A DNA stretch of 64,000 nt from Squalus acanthias (taxonomy: Eukaryota), in contig CM059446.1 in NCBI GenBank assembly GCA_030390025.1, forward strand, positions 23,498,001 through 23,562,000, in the 5' to 3' direction. Positions 1 through 12,976 of this stretch are shown piece after piece (the first letter of the stretch is position 1; the number at the start of each line of letters is the position of its first letter). The position numbers and the translations under genes were made by a program. Under the pieces are notes generated by a model. That model was not told where the DNA came from. It saw nothing but the letters and a program-made list of their open reading frames with translations, and made no database searches.

Positions 1-59
1 CTGTCACCTGCCGGGTTGTCTTTGTTGTTTCTCTCAAGGTGTCGGCCATGGCTCCGTCA

Positions 60-295
60 GATGGTTGTGGGTTCCAGCCCCATTCTAGAAACTTGAGCAC
101 ATAATCTAGGCTGACACTTCAGTGCAGCACTGAGGGAGTGCTGCACTGACAGAGGCGCCGTCTTTTGGACGAGATGTTAAACTGAGTCCCCATTTTCCCT
201 CTCAGGTAGCCGTAAAAGATCCCACGGCACTATTTAAAGAGCAGGGAGTTCTCCTGGTGTCCTGGCCAATATTTATCCTTCAACCAACAGCACAA
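60..295 (+). mobile_element. Deu-domain tRNA-derived SINE (SacSINE1/AmnSINE1-like), 3'-truncated
   Basis: B-box-like GGGTTCCAGCCC, then Deu-domain text ...AAAAGATCCCACGGCACTATTTAAAGAGCAGGGAGTTCTCCTGGTGTCCTGGCCAATATTTATCC; matches the other copies in the window. Confidence 0.8.
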
Positions 296-355
296 ACAAA
301 AAACAGTAACTAGTTGCTTGGCTTGATTTCCTTTTGCTCTTTTTTTTTTGTTTAG

Positions 356-747
356 AATTCCAGGCTGCATTTTTTGTGGGACTTTCCAACAATTCAGAAA
401 CAAACAGGATTTTGAAGTTCGACCAGATCTTCCTGAACTACGGAGATGGCTATTCACTGGAAAAAGATTACTTCAAAGCTCCGCTCAAAGGCATCTATGT
501 GTTTGTGGTTACCATGGAGTTTGGCCATGGGCCTGGACTTGGTTATCTTTTGGTTGATGGCAACCACACAATCACGCTTCAGAATAGCAGAAAAAAGCAG
601 CAGCACAGCAGCCTGGTTTGGGGCTATGCCATCCTCGAGCTCAGTAAAGGACAGCACGTGTGGGTAGAGGTGACACAAGGGTTTGTAGTTCAACGGACTC
701 CGCCGGAGACAACATTTGGTGGATTTCTGTTATTTAAAACATCTTAA
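356..747 (+). CDS. MMRN2: Terminal coding exon, C1q/gC1q domain of a multimerin/EMILIN family protein (MMRN2-like)
   Basis: Poly-T tract and TTTAG acceptor at 351-355. Translation AAFFVGL..LKFDQIFLNYGDGY..FKAPLKGIYVF..LELSKGQHVWV..TTFGGFLLFKTS* has the C1q signature. Symbol inferred from the known convergent MMRN2-BMPR1A arrangement in vertebrates. Confidence 0.8.
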
Positions 748-1016
748 AGTTTCATTACCAGTCCTGAAAATAGAAGAACCTTAAGACTATTTTAACAGAT
801 TCACTGTTGGAGGTTTCCATCCAGGAACCACACTCTTGCTGAAGAGCTCCCTTTACATTGTCACACTATGCTCACTCACTATAAAAAGAGCTCCCCTGGG
901 TCTTACAGCTCATAGTACCCCAAGGTTGTGTCTATTCACGATCCCGTAGATGCATTACATTTGATTCAGAAATTACACCAATATGTTGTCCAATTTGGAC
1001 AATCTATTACAGTAAT

Positions 1017-1022
1017 AATAAA
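1017..1022 (+). terminator. Candidate polyadenylation signal for the MMRN2-like gene
   Basis: AATAAA about 270 nt after the stop codon; usage not demonstrable from sequence. Confidence 0.45.
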
Positions 1023-2219
1023 TTTTGAACTCTATTGTCTAATATTTACAGTAAGCATGATAGTAGCGCAGAACACCACTATTGCGCCAAAATCTTTGAT
1101 TTTACTATCTTAATCCATCATTGCACTCAGGAAAATTATACACGAGAATCTAGCTAAGCTTCCATTTCCAGAACCCTTGGTCTAACAGTGGGTGAACCTC
1201 ACTGAGACACCTCCTCCTATTGGTCTCACAGCAAACGCCATTATTTTGTACTTATGTACATTTCCACTTACCAGCCAGCTCCAAATCTGATCAACACACA
1301 GCTTTTTCTCCCTATTCATTTACAAAACAAGACATTAAATTCTAACAAAAGCCCAGCTTATTTTTTTTTTTTTAAACTGAAGCAGGAAATTCTTGACATA
1401 CTGTCCAACTAAGAAACATGACCATCGGCTGGGGTCCATCAATGTGTTGACCTAGAAGATTGGACCAACAAAGTTACACCATAAATCAAAAGCTTCCTCG
1501 ATGAGAAGTAATCGGAGGACAGAGGGGAGAAACTGTAACAAATGGGAAGAGTGAAAGCAGTTAGGTGGAGAGCAGGTGGGGGAGCTGGGAGTTTGGGGGA
1601 GTGGCAGTCAGAGAAGATAAGACTACAAAGCAATGGCCACAATGAGGGGAGATTCACACGGGGAGGGGGGCTGGTCAGGAAGGGTGCTAATTTTGTGTAT
1701 GTACTCAGCATGTAATGATTCCAAATTCAATCAGCTCTTTGCCCGAATATTATACGGTTTGTTAGATTTGCTTGATATACCTTGGAAGTTTAGAGAGAAA
1801 CTTTGCAGCACACTTCTTCAAGAGAAGAAATGGGTTATGCACCATCCAGGACTGAACGGATTGTACACAGTTTATGAAAGGAGGTTCGATTGACCAAGTG
1901 GCTTTATTTCATTCCCTTTCATATGAAGAGGCACCCTTGTTGATTCTATATCTGAAGAAAGAATAATTGGTTCAGTGAGGTGAATCAGCAGTATCAATGA
2001 GTGGGGAAGGATTTCCTGCATGGATTCAACTATAAATGTCATTGTTTTTAAAGATAAGAACAAGAACTCCGAAGCTGCAGCAATTAAACAAATCTTGGGT
2101 AGGGAACAGCCTGAAAAATATCATGGGAGTCGGCAAGTATGCCAGTGTAAAAAAAAAAAATCAGTAAAATCATTCATCCTTATTTTGATTGTTCCCCAGA
2201 TTTCTAAACTGGCACATGT

Positions 2220-5200
2220 TTTTATTTGTGTTATTGAATTCACCAAATTATATGTCATATTATGGGTGTTGCAGCAAATCCTTTGGGTCCCCACCGATAA
2301 CCACAGACCCGGCAGCAGTTACATAGTGCTGTGTACGATGACCCCTCCTAAAGAACAAGGGAAGAAAAACAAGCACAGCCGACAGAGCAATTGTGTACTA
2401 AAATAATGTTATTTACTTAAAAGTCAGATACAGGACATAATCTGTGTACACGATGTACCTCTTGCAAAGTAATCTGTGGTAAACTTAATAAGGCACCTTT
2501 TACCAGATGCAGTACAAAATAGGTTTATAAATCATTACACTTGGTTTAATGGTAATCATTTTGTTTACTTGCAATGACATAAGCATTAGAGTAACATTAC
2601 TGCTTTAAACCTTTGTTGTCTGTCCATTTGCTATGTACAAATATGCTAACTAAATGATTTCATAATATTCTGATTCATACTTTTGTCTATGCTACAATGA
2701 CACATTGATAGGGTGACGCTGGTCTGGCAGGTGGCAGATGGAAGTCTTCCTCCCTTTTCTTTAAATAAAATAAAGGCAGGCTGATTTGAGAAAAAAAGGC
2801 ACAATCATTAAAAACACTTTCTTTAAAACAAACTCCCTGACTTGCATGGTTTCCTTTGAAAGACAAGAGCATCCTTAATAGATGTGGACAGGGCACTGCA
2901 TTTCTCTCCCCCCCCCCCCCACCCCCACCCCAGATTTACAGAGCCTCTTTGTACCTCCACCACGACAATGCTGTACTCCTCTGTACTGACTCCTGCTCCT
3001 CTATGTACTGAATGCACCTCAACGAGGTGCAGGTGATGTTTTAAGAAAGGGAATGAGTGAAAATGATTACCTGTACCTATTGTACTAAAACAATGGATGA
3101 TCAGAGGGGGCTGGGTGAATGCAGGGACAGGCAGCGTTATTCAGCATTCTTTACACCAATCATTCATTATTCTATAGTGATTAAAAAGATTCAGCACTCT
3201 TGATGTGATTCCCTGCAGCAAGTTCAAAATGATAAAAAGCTGTTCCGACCCAACAAGAATGTTCTTGAAAAGGAACACATAACGATAAGACCGCAGATTT
3301 CAAAACATAAAAGTACAATGCACCAATGACATTGTGTTTCACATTTTCTTTCATATGGGACATGAAAAAAAATCTGAAATGCATCACCTGCAGTGCAATA
3401 TGTCAGAATTCACGGCCTACACAGGCTAACATAATGCAATGCACAGCAGTATTATTGATTGGGCAGGAGTCACAAAATCGCATCTCACTGATAAATACTC
3501 AAGAGGATACAAGCTTGCTTACTGGTACAGCATCTTTCACATTCAAGGTAAACATGACAACCAAGGAGTGCAGATGCCCGTCACTGTATACAACTGTGCA
3601 TGGTATGCAACTAAAACAATCCTGTTTATATGAATGGACCATACTGCATCTTCCTCACCCCTCCCTCCTCCCCCGTGGGAAAAAAGCCTCAAGCTCTACT
3701 TTGGCTATCATATTTACAAGAAAAGCTTGCAAGATTTCATCAGCTGTACTACACAAGATATAAACATTATGTTACATAACATCTTACAAGACTGTGGCAT
3801 CTGGGAACCTGGCACAAGTTAGACAGCCCCTATTAACAGGATTATTAATCGATCAATACATGAATATGGTTTGGAATTACTCAAATGAAATAAAATACAC
3901 AAGAGTTGGCATTACATAGTTTAAAATAAACCAGCACTTTGCACCACCATCATAGCTTCTTGTTTTCTTCTGGAACACAGTGAAGCTCACATTCACCTCC
4001 TGACAGTCACGATTAGTGTGGAGCAACAACAAAAAAAGAGCTTTAAAAAGGGAGGGAAAAAAACCCTCGAGCGGTTTTGTGGATTATGGAAATTGGTGGG
4101 ATTGCTCCGAGTCCTTGGCAGTGATATTCCATCCCCATGAAAATAAACACGTGCAATACCACTTAAGTTGTAGTTAGTGATAACTTGATGGAACAGAATT
4201 GAAACCAAATCAATACTGGCACTCAAATCTAAAGCATGGTAGCAGAACACATATTACATCAGCTGAAAGTCTGTCAGTGAAGAGATACAGGATTTCACTT
4301 GTGCCTGCAGTATGCGTGAGTAATAGCACTTTGCATTTGTGTAGGAAGAATTGTTAGAATACAAGGTCAGTAATCCCTCTCTCCGTCCGTCTGCCCCCGA
4401 GGAGATTAACCTAGCTGCAATTCAGACTCTTACCACACCACTATCACAGCACTCGCTGAAGTCTCAGCACTGGCTGACTTTCTGTGGGGACTTTAGCCAG
4501 ACTGACCAAGAAAAATTCTCTCTCTCTTTTGCCCCAGAGCAAATAGACACCCTGTGGCCTAAAATGGAACTCCTCGAATACTCTAGGGTTTCAAATAGCA
4601 AATATCGAAAACACTAAGTTATGATAGTGCTGTAACCAGAGGGACATAATTACTGCTGAATAGAAAACTGGGAGAACATAATTAACAAAAGTGTGAGAAT
4701 GACTGTTTCTCTAGTTCCTAGAAAACATACTGTTCTGTAAACCTTGGCGGCAACATTGTGTTTCAAACAGACAAGAATGAATCCCTTGACTGCCGATGTG
4801 CAATCAGAGCAGTGGAGCTAGCTGTGAACATAAAGAGTTCAGGGTTCAAGAGACGAAACCTCGTCATTGCATTTCATACCTGACGCCAGCAGAAGCGCAC
4901 TCTGTGTAGCTAGCGTTCACAAAGTTCTTGCAAATGCCAAAAAAAACTAGCCAATTTAACAAGACTTTGGGGGGTGGGGGAGGGAAATAATTGTCATGCC
5001 CTCATGGCTCATGAAGACAGGTGAAGGCAGATTTGTTCATCTGACCCCATTTACAGATAGCAGGTGGAAAAGTGACTATTAACCTCCCAGCAATAGCTTT
5101 TCAAATTCATTCAGAATTGAGGCTTTCACAGAAAGCACCATCTCCTGGCTGTGAGACACCATTCCTAGAGTTCCCAAGGTGCCAGCTATCATCATTCCAC

Positions 5201-5533
5201 TATGGGCCGCAAACAGAGCACGAAAAAGACAGCGACACATAGGAATCCCAAGGAAGTTTAAGATACTCCAACAGCATTAACTTACGCAGTCTTTTTTTCC
5301 CAGCATGTTGCTGTCCATTATGAAGTATGGCATAGAGGCTCATTATCAGAAGTCCTTTCTTCCCACTCTATGCCATGCATGAATCAGTTCTGACTTCAAA
5401 AGGTCATTATTAGCAGCCTATCTAGTGTGGTGTGTAGAAGGGATTGGGGCGAGTGAATGCCCGGCCCTCTAACTACACACCGGAAGTCCATGCCCCTCTT
5501 TGGGGCAATAATGTCATCTGTTTAGTGGCTTGA
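2220..5533 (-). other. BMPR1A: Probable long BMPR1A 3' UTR
   Basis: Follows the stop on -; no recognisable TEs; AU/TGTA-rich; minus-strand AATAAA (TTTATT on +) near 2222 and 1902; Pumilio-type TGTAAATA on - at 3711-3718. The distal end is a guess. Confidence 0.45.
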
Positions 5534-5758
<225 letters not shown>

Positions 5759-6324
5759 CTAACATTCAGAAGCAAGTTTCCTTAACAACTAAAAAAATAT
5801 ACAGGTTCAATTCCAAGTTAACTGAAGCTCATCATTTTTGTTTTACTCCTCCCCAATTAATTGCGTGCTCTACTTTGTTAAGATTTTGTGGTGCTGCAAA
5901 CTTCTCAGCCTCTGTGCCAGTCTAACTCACCAGCTGGCGGTGGAAGAAAGCAGCACGAGGTAACTCATCTAGCAGGTTCCAAGGAACTACTTAGCCTCCA
6001 AATGGAACTTGCTTTCACCTCTGCCCTTTCCAGCCCTGTTCAGCCAATGAGCAAATCTGTCCCACACCCTGATGCAATGTGTCAGTAATCTACTTCACAG
6101 TGCCAACTGGATTTCTTAAACTAGGTTAGCAATCTAAATAATGATACGGGTAGGATCCCTTGCTGTCTGGGTTGCTAATCTATATAAGCATACAAGCATG
6201 ATGACTTGGAGTTAGTATTCTATTTTACGACCCCTTGCTGATTAGGGTAATCTTCCGTTAATTTGTGCATGCATAACAGTTTGGTCATACTGTAAATTAG
6301 TTATTCCAATCACATTTCACAGTA

Positions 6325-6445
6325 AAACAGGGTTACGGACAAAAAGCGGGGATGTGGGACTAAGCACGACTGCTCTTTCTAGGAGCCAGCACAGGCACGA
6401 TGGGCCAAAAGGCCTCCTGCTGTGATGTAAGTTTCTATGATTCGA
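6325..6445 (+). mobile_element. CR1 LINE 3' tail fragment
   Basis: GGCACGATGGGCCAAAAGGCCTCCTGCTGTG..TTCTATGATTC resembles the tail at 45390-45454. Confidence 0.65.
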
Positions 6446-7130
6446 TAATATCGCCCCTCTTCTGACATCTGAGCTGGTGCTACAAACTATGAAATACGAG
6501 ATTCAGATCAAGCCGGCATGGATGCCTGATGTGAGAATCTGCTATCCTTTTGCGCCGAAAGGAAGTGTCAGCAGGACTCCACCTGAACACAGCCCAGTAG
6601 CTGAGGTGGGCCAGGCTTCACTGTAAACTCAGACGGATCTCATTTAGATATTAGCTCACCCAGGTGTTGGTGAATACTATGACTGCAGGGCCCGGAACAT
6701 AAAATAGCCTTCAGCTACTAATAAGCTAGATCACTCAGCCTATTGGCAGGTTTGTTGCCACGATGTTAGTTACACCAATGAGATGATAATCACCTACTCT
6801 CTCTTTTAAACCTGCCTATTTACAAATCCAAACTCATAATGATCATGAAATCTAAGTGTATGATATTTTTATGTTTTACTATAGCGCTCCAGAAATCACA
6901 AAATGAATTTCAGATTTCACGTGCACTGAGCTGTAAAATTTGATTTATTAAATTGCACCTTCATGCACATCTTTAGCTTCTAAATATAGGGATCCAACTT
7001 ACATACCAAACTTTATGATAACATTCAAAGAATTGAGTGATGTATTTCAGCTGTTGACTGTCAGTTGCATGGTCAGTCAAAGGAACTGCAGTGTCCTTAC
7101 AGGAATCACTAAAAAGCATGAAACACTCAC

Positions 7131-7261
7131 CTCATCACTGTTCCACCGGTTAGAAACTGTCGGACGAAGGCATTTAACACACGTCACTTCCCTCATATCC
7201 TCATAGGAGGGATCGTTTGGCACCATGTCATAATATGGCAACTGGTAGTCTTCTACAATAC
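7131..7261 (-). CDS. BMPR1A: BMPR1A kinase exon ([44 protein letters not shown])
   Basis: CAG acceptor, GTGAGT donor, 131 nt, in frame with neighbouring exons. Confidence 0.96.
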
Positions 7262-7304
7262 CTGCAGGAAAACAAAAATCAAATTAAAATCAGAAGTGGG
7301 AAAT

Positions 7305-7685
7305 TCCCTGATGACTTAGTGGGTAAATACACTACACACCACAAGGTTCCAGGCTTGATTCCTGGTCTGTGCTGAGTTAGCTAATCTAAATTAGGGCAGC
7401 AGTATGGTGCTATAATTTGCCTCAGTGCCTCAAGGCTAGTGGGGTGTAAAAGTAGCCAAGTTCTTGATTGTTATCCAGTGACCTATGTTGGAAACAGCAG
7501 TTATGTAGATAATGGGCCGCAGACAAGATTTTGCTAATTTGTGATGCCTTCCACAGTCAAATTGCCTGCTGTCACTCACTGTGTAGACTAATATATGAAG
7601 AATGGCTATTTCACCGAGGTATCATAGGGTAGCCAGCACCCTTGGGATTGCACTCCAGCAAGAGTTAGTGTCTGTAGAAAAGGGG
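7305..7685 (+). mobile_element. Old tRNA-derived SINE, family unnamed (copy 1 of 3)
   Basis: A/B-box-like head, then CTGTGCTGAGTTAGCTAATCT..GGTGCTATAATTTGCCTCAGTGCC..TATCCAGTGACC, shared with 16660-17000 and 59870-60150. Confidence 0.6.
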
Positions 7686-8531
7686 GAATTCAAAGTGGAA
7701 ACATTGGAGGAAGGAGCATGAGGCAACAACAGGACAAAAAAACCGAGAGAGGTTGGCACAGTAAACTCATGGGAAACTGTATAGAAAACACAAGTGGTGC
7801 AACATAATTAAACAAGCAACGCAATGATCAAGGCTGTTCATGAGTTCACGACATGGAGTTTAAGTGTCTTTATATGAAATATAGGCTAGTTCTAATTGGG
7901 CAAAGTACTTTAATTAACAAAAACATTTTTAAGGGAAATTGACAAGTGCTAGGTCCCATTAAGTTTCACCCCCAAGACAAATGCCAAAAGATATTATTCA
8001 CAAGAGACAAAATAGATATAGGTGTGGAGACCATTCAGAGCATCTTAACTCATCCATCTGTCTATATCTCTGTTTGTATCTATGTATAATTATATAAATG
8101 GAAATGTTGCATTAGTGTATGTTTTGTCAATCACATACCAGATATCACATATTGTTACAGATGAATAACAATTTTAAAAGAGAGAAAGAAAGCCAGTCAT
8201 TTAATGCCAGCTGCTTCTAACCTGGAGCCTGAAACTTTTAAGCATTTTCCAATCTGTACAGTCTCTTGCCAAACAATTAAACGCTGATTAACCTGAGGCA
8301 CTGTTTACTTGATAATTAGACTTTAAGGCCTTAGGGGATAGATCGACCTTTACAGCAGAATAATGCATTGCATGAACATATAAACAGCTCATCATTTGCC
8401 TTAGTGAGAAACATCACAGGAGCTCCAGTTACATTTGAAAATTCTGTCTGCAATCAATCCAACTGAGAAACGCGAGTGCTATCTGAATATTTCCTGTCAT
8501 ACACCATCTACAGGTGAATGCTGTAACATAC

Positions 8532-8707
8532 CTCCTGTAAGACAGCGACGTGACATCTCCCATATGACTAGGCCAAAGCTGTATATATCTGCCATCAAAT
8601 AAGCCTGGAATTGGTTCTTGTTGAGGCTCTCATCTAGTACCTCTGGTGCCATGTATCGCTTGGTGCCCACTCGTGTATTCAGTGGGATATCAACCTCATT
8701 TGTGTCA
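8532..8707 (-). CDS. BMPR1A: BMPR1A kinase exon ([58 protein letters not shown])
   Basis: CAG acceptor, GTATGT donor, 176 nt; activation segment GTKRYMAPE. Confidence 0.97.
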
Positions 8708-8822
8708 CTGTGAAGATAAGGCAATGAGCAGGAATTAGGAAGGAGCACTCAAAGCTAATGAAAATATCTTGAATTCATTTGGAAATTTTGAAGTTTGGAA
8801 AAAAAAAAATTCTCCGTTTCTC

Positions 8823-8862
8823 CTCATTCAGCCTAAGCCACCAACTCATTCAGCCTAAGCCA
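8823..8862. repeat. 18-bp direct duplication CTCATTCAGCCTAAGCCA x2
   Basis: Copies at 8823-8840 and 8845-8862. Confidence 0.85.
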
Positions 8863-9309
8863 AGTGGTAATGCTTTATGTGTGAGTCTAGACAGATGGTG
8901 CCAACCAGCTCTTGGTTTATGATGTGTGTAGAAATAAGAGACCCTACAAGGTGGATAAATGTATCTTTCCTCTTCATTTGGGCAATCATCACACACGCAT
9001 GTGTCTTGCCAAAGTAATGAAAATTTAGGAGGAGGTGACCCGAGCTGAGGAGCTCCAACCCCTGCAGTCAAGATAGTTCTGCTAAAGACAAGACCTGTGC
9101 ATTAACGAAATTTAAACAGAAATGTCTGGTAAATGCAGGAGTAGTCCATACAGTTGTTTTTACAAATTATGCGAATTCAAACCTAAAAAATCCCCAGGAA
9201 ATGAACGCAGAACAAGTGATACGATCTAAAACTCAACTTTGTCGGTCTCTGAATAATGCAGCGTCATATAAAATGAGAGAAAAATTTCCTGATTCAAATA
9301 AAACTGGGA

Positions 9310-9610
9310 AAAGAACATTGGAACAAGAGGAAGCCATTCAGCCCCTTGAGCCATTCAATTAGATTATGGCTGCTCTGTATCTTAACTCTATCTACCCAAC
9401 TTGGTTCAGTAACTCTCAATACCCTTGCCGAACAAAAATCTATCAATCTCAGTTTTGAAATTTTAAACTGATCTCCAGTCTCAACAGCTTTTTGGGGAAG
9501 AGAGTTCCAGAGCTCCACTACCCTTTGTGTGAAGAAATCCTTTATGACACCACCCCTGAATGGCCTAGCTCTAATTTTAAGGTTATGCCACCTTGTTCTG
9601 GACTCTCGCA
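9310..9610 (-). mobile_element. CR1 LINE 3' fragment
   Basis: Translates TRWHNLKI..FFTQRVVELWNSLPQ, the CR1 ORF2 C-terminus, plus 3' tail. Confidence 0.85.
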
Positions 9611-10554
9611 ACTTAGGAAGAAACCCTAAGGAGCCTAAGAACCATTCTTAGCTTCATGCCCAAATCAAATATGGCTGATCTACAACGGAGGCCTGCGAGA
9701 CAAAACTAACACCAGCAAGAACATGGATTCGCTTGTGAGAAGAACTACGTATTGGTTCAAGAGAGATCTCGATGGGCACTATTTTCAGGTAGCCTGTATG
9801 AAGCAAGATTCCAAAGGGATCCCCATTTCGGCCCCAAGATCAGTAGTTTATAGATGGCTATTACAGCAACATACACATGAATGGAACTGATGAAACTTGG
9901 GGTTAATCCCAATTCAACCAGTTACACAAAAATAAGACGTACAGGGTTTGGTGACTTGGTTGCTGACCATCCAGCAAATATTATAAGCCTTATTACTAGA
10001 CATTTTAATGCCGTTAATCAAGAAGTACCAACTATTATTGGCGTATGACCATGCTCTAGCAAAATAGTGTTCAATGCTATGCCATTGCTCTAAAGAAAAA
10101 GAGTCCTTCTCTCAGGTTAAGGATTGGACCCCTCTCCTAAACTACGAAAACAAAATCTGCCTGCAGACCATGGTGATGTTGGCCTCACTCATAACTAGTA
10201 TAACCAAAAGCCATGGTTAGTGCAGCCAGTCACAATGACTTTTACCTGTTCTGTGTAAAATTTCTATAGCATCTTGGGATAAGGGGAAATGAAGGAACAA
10301 GTGCAGAAACTTTGGTGTCCAGAAAAAAAGATAGGTCATCCAGGTCCAAGTAATTCTTAGGAAGTTTTGCGCACAGAAACCAACTTTTGCTGCAAACATG
10401 AGTTAAAAGTGGTGGGAGGAAGTACAAATTCTAACAGTCATGGTGAGCATTTCTATGGGTATACAAACCAACCAGGCTTGGCGAAATTCCTACAGTGTGT
10501 GATGAATTACTGAATGAAGGAGAGCAGTCATTTTCACCTACACAGTTAGCTTGA

Positions 10555-10690
10555 CTCACTTGGTAGCACTCTTGTCTCCAAGTCATAGGACTGTGGGTTC
10601 AAGCCCCACTACGGACCTGAGCACATAATCTAGGCTGACACCATAAGGAAATACTGAGTGTGCTGCACTTTTAGAAGTGTCTGTCTTAGG
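10555..10690 (+). mobile_element. Deu-SINE 5' fragment
   Basis: TGGTAGCACTCTTG..GGGTTCAAGCCCCAC..TGAGCACATAATCTAGGCTGACAC, matching the copy at 60-295. Confidence 0.7.
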
Positions 10691-11110
10691 AGGACAATCA
10701 TGTCTGTACCATAGATGTGCAGGTGACACTGCGTTGCTTTTGGATCAGTGGATGCAGTTTGAATTATTTTAAAATACTCTTGTATCAGGAAATTCAACAT
10801 TTTCAGAGTTTTAATTGGAGTAGTGTATGAGGATTGTGCAGAGTTTGGAAGGATGCTAATTCCCATTCAAAATGGGGCTACGCAAAGATAAAAGTGCTGC
10901 ATACAGACCCAATGTAGGACTCCGCTTATTCCCAACAAAAGTGGTGGTGGGAAGATTTTATAATTCCTTGTATGCTGCCAGATGTTTTGTATGGGCTGTG
11001 CATTTTGTCGCTATGTAAAATAATACCTGTATTACTTCAACCCAGTCCCTTAAGGTTACGATCAGAATAAACAAAGGTATTGCTTTTAGATTCAGGAGGT
11101 CATACATTAC

Positions 11111-11408
11111 CTGTTGAATTTCACAGTTAGGCCCAAGTCAGCAATGCTACAGGTTCCATTCTTTTTCACCAGGATGTTTTTGCTCTTTAGGTCGCGATGC
11201 GCAATAGCAGGCTTGCCTTGCGTGCCGTAGATTTCTGTGTGGAGGTGACAGAGACCGCTAGCAGCAGAATAGGCCAACTTTAGTAGGGCTTTGGTATCAA
11301 GCACAGTGCACTTCAGGTAGTCATACAGCGAGCCATTCTCATGGTAATCTGTAATCAGATACAACCATGTCGACGAGCCTTTGCCTTCAATGTCTGCAGC
11401 AATAAATC
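11111..11408 (-). CDS. BMPR1A: BMPR1A kinase exon (L45 loop, HRDLKSKN catalytic loop, DLG)
   Basis: CAG acceptor, GTAATG donor, 298 nt; [48 protein letters not shown]. Confidence 0.97.
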
Positions 11409-11968
11409 CTGGTAAAAATAAAATGGAAAGAGACAAAGTTTAGCACTTGGCTTCTCGCGTGATAGAACTAACTGTATGTCACCATATTCAAGTTGAAGAG
11501 TAAATACAAGCTGCTACATATTTATGGTAAAGAAGAAATCTTGGCGAAAAATGATTAAAAATGGGGAGAAGCAGGCAAGAGGAGTAAATACACTGCTTTT
11601 AAACAAGAACAGTAAACCATCTGGAATGGAATAAAATAACTTGCACTGATTTAAAAAAAAATATTTCATAACTGTACAGGAAAAGGAAAGCTCAACATGA
11701 CTCACTTTAACCATGCTACCTGTACAATAGTCAATAGCATGAATAAAGCTGCCGATAGTGATCAAACTCCACACAAGTACTCATTACCACAAAACACATT
11801 AATATTGCCTTGGATCCTTTCAGTGCACTTGGCAGCAGAATGAGATGGCCCCACCATTCTTCCACATCTGGTTAGAGGCATTGATGTTCATGCTGAAACT
11901 GACTGATCATAGGCCACCAAATTCCAGCACACGACCAACTCACACAGACAAATGGCTAGACAAGTGTT

Positions 11969-12266
11969 CAGAATCACAGAATCCCCACAGTGCAGATAGA
12001 GGCCATTTCGGCCCATCGAGCCTGCACCGACACATATCCCACCCTAGCCCCGTAACCCCACGTATTTAATCCCCCTAACACTAAGGGTCAATTTATCATA
12101 GCCAAATCAACCTAACCCGCACATCTTTGGACTGTGGGAGGAAACCGGAGCACCCGGAGGAAACCCACGCAGACACAGGGAGAATGTGCAAACTCCACAC
12201 AGACAGTCACCCGAGGCCGGATTCGAACCCGGGTCCCTGGTGCTGTGAGGCAACAGTGCTAACCAC
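11969..12266 (-). mobile_element. HE1-like V-SINE with CR1-type tail
   Basis: Minus strand reads GTGGTTAGCACTGTTGCCTCACAGCACCAGGGACCCGGGTTCGAATCC (A/B boxes), then V-domain TGTGGAGTTTGCACATTCTCCCTGTGTCTGCGTGGGTTTCCTCCGGGTGCTCCGGTTTCCTCCCACAGTCCAAAG. Confidence 0.85.
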
Positions 12267-12764
12267 GAGTGTTCGGCAGTTTGTTTTCTGAGGCAAGTTA
12301 TTTTAACACCAATCAAAAATACAATTATTTTTCATTCTTCCTTGCTACCCGCCTCCCGAGGTAAATTAAGACTAAAGGATTGACTTGGCTGTTGCTAAAC
12401 ACTGTGTTACTGAATATTGGGCCGCAGAATACTGGATTGTCACTGAAACTTGTGTCAGTTTATTTGAATTCAGTTAAATAATAAGGAACGTGCACCAGCA
12501 TTTTCCACTGTGTGCCAGTTTTTTTATGGATTTATTAAAACTAATACAGAAAAAACATTACTGATTATAGTCGTCACTCAGTAAACCTATTAGTAATAAC
12601 CAGATATAGTCGACATTGCACTTGGCCTGATGGAATGTGTAGGGCTGTAATTTTGTGATAACATTTTGGGTAAACCACGGTTTAGTTACAATAATGACTA
12701 ATGGATATCTTAGTAAAAATTACAAAGTCATGGACATATTTTATAACTACGCTACCTTTATCTC

Positions 12765-12976
12765 TCCCTCTGCCCTTCAGTTTTGCCCTGTCTACTTTTG
12801 CTTTTTGTCCTTCTCCACTTCGGTTTTTCTCTTCTGCTTCCCCTCTGTTTTCCTCCTGTCTTTTTCTCTCTCCCCTTCGCTTCAGTTTTCTTCTCACTCT
12901 GCACGACCACTTTTGGTTGTGTCTCTTTTTATTTCCCGGTTTCCTCTTGCCCCAGTGTTATTTTCTTTTTTTTTTT
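12765..12976. repeat. Pyrimidine-rich low-complexity tract
   Basis: Almost entirely C/T on +. Confidence 0.7.

Noticed and set aside
12195-12266. tRNA gene
   Set aside because: The A/B boxes belong to a SINE head that continues into the V-domain; no full cloverleaf
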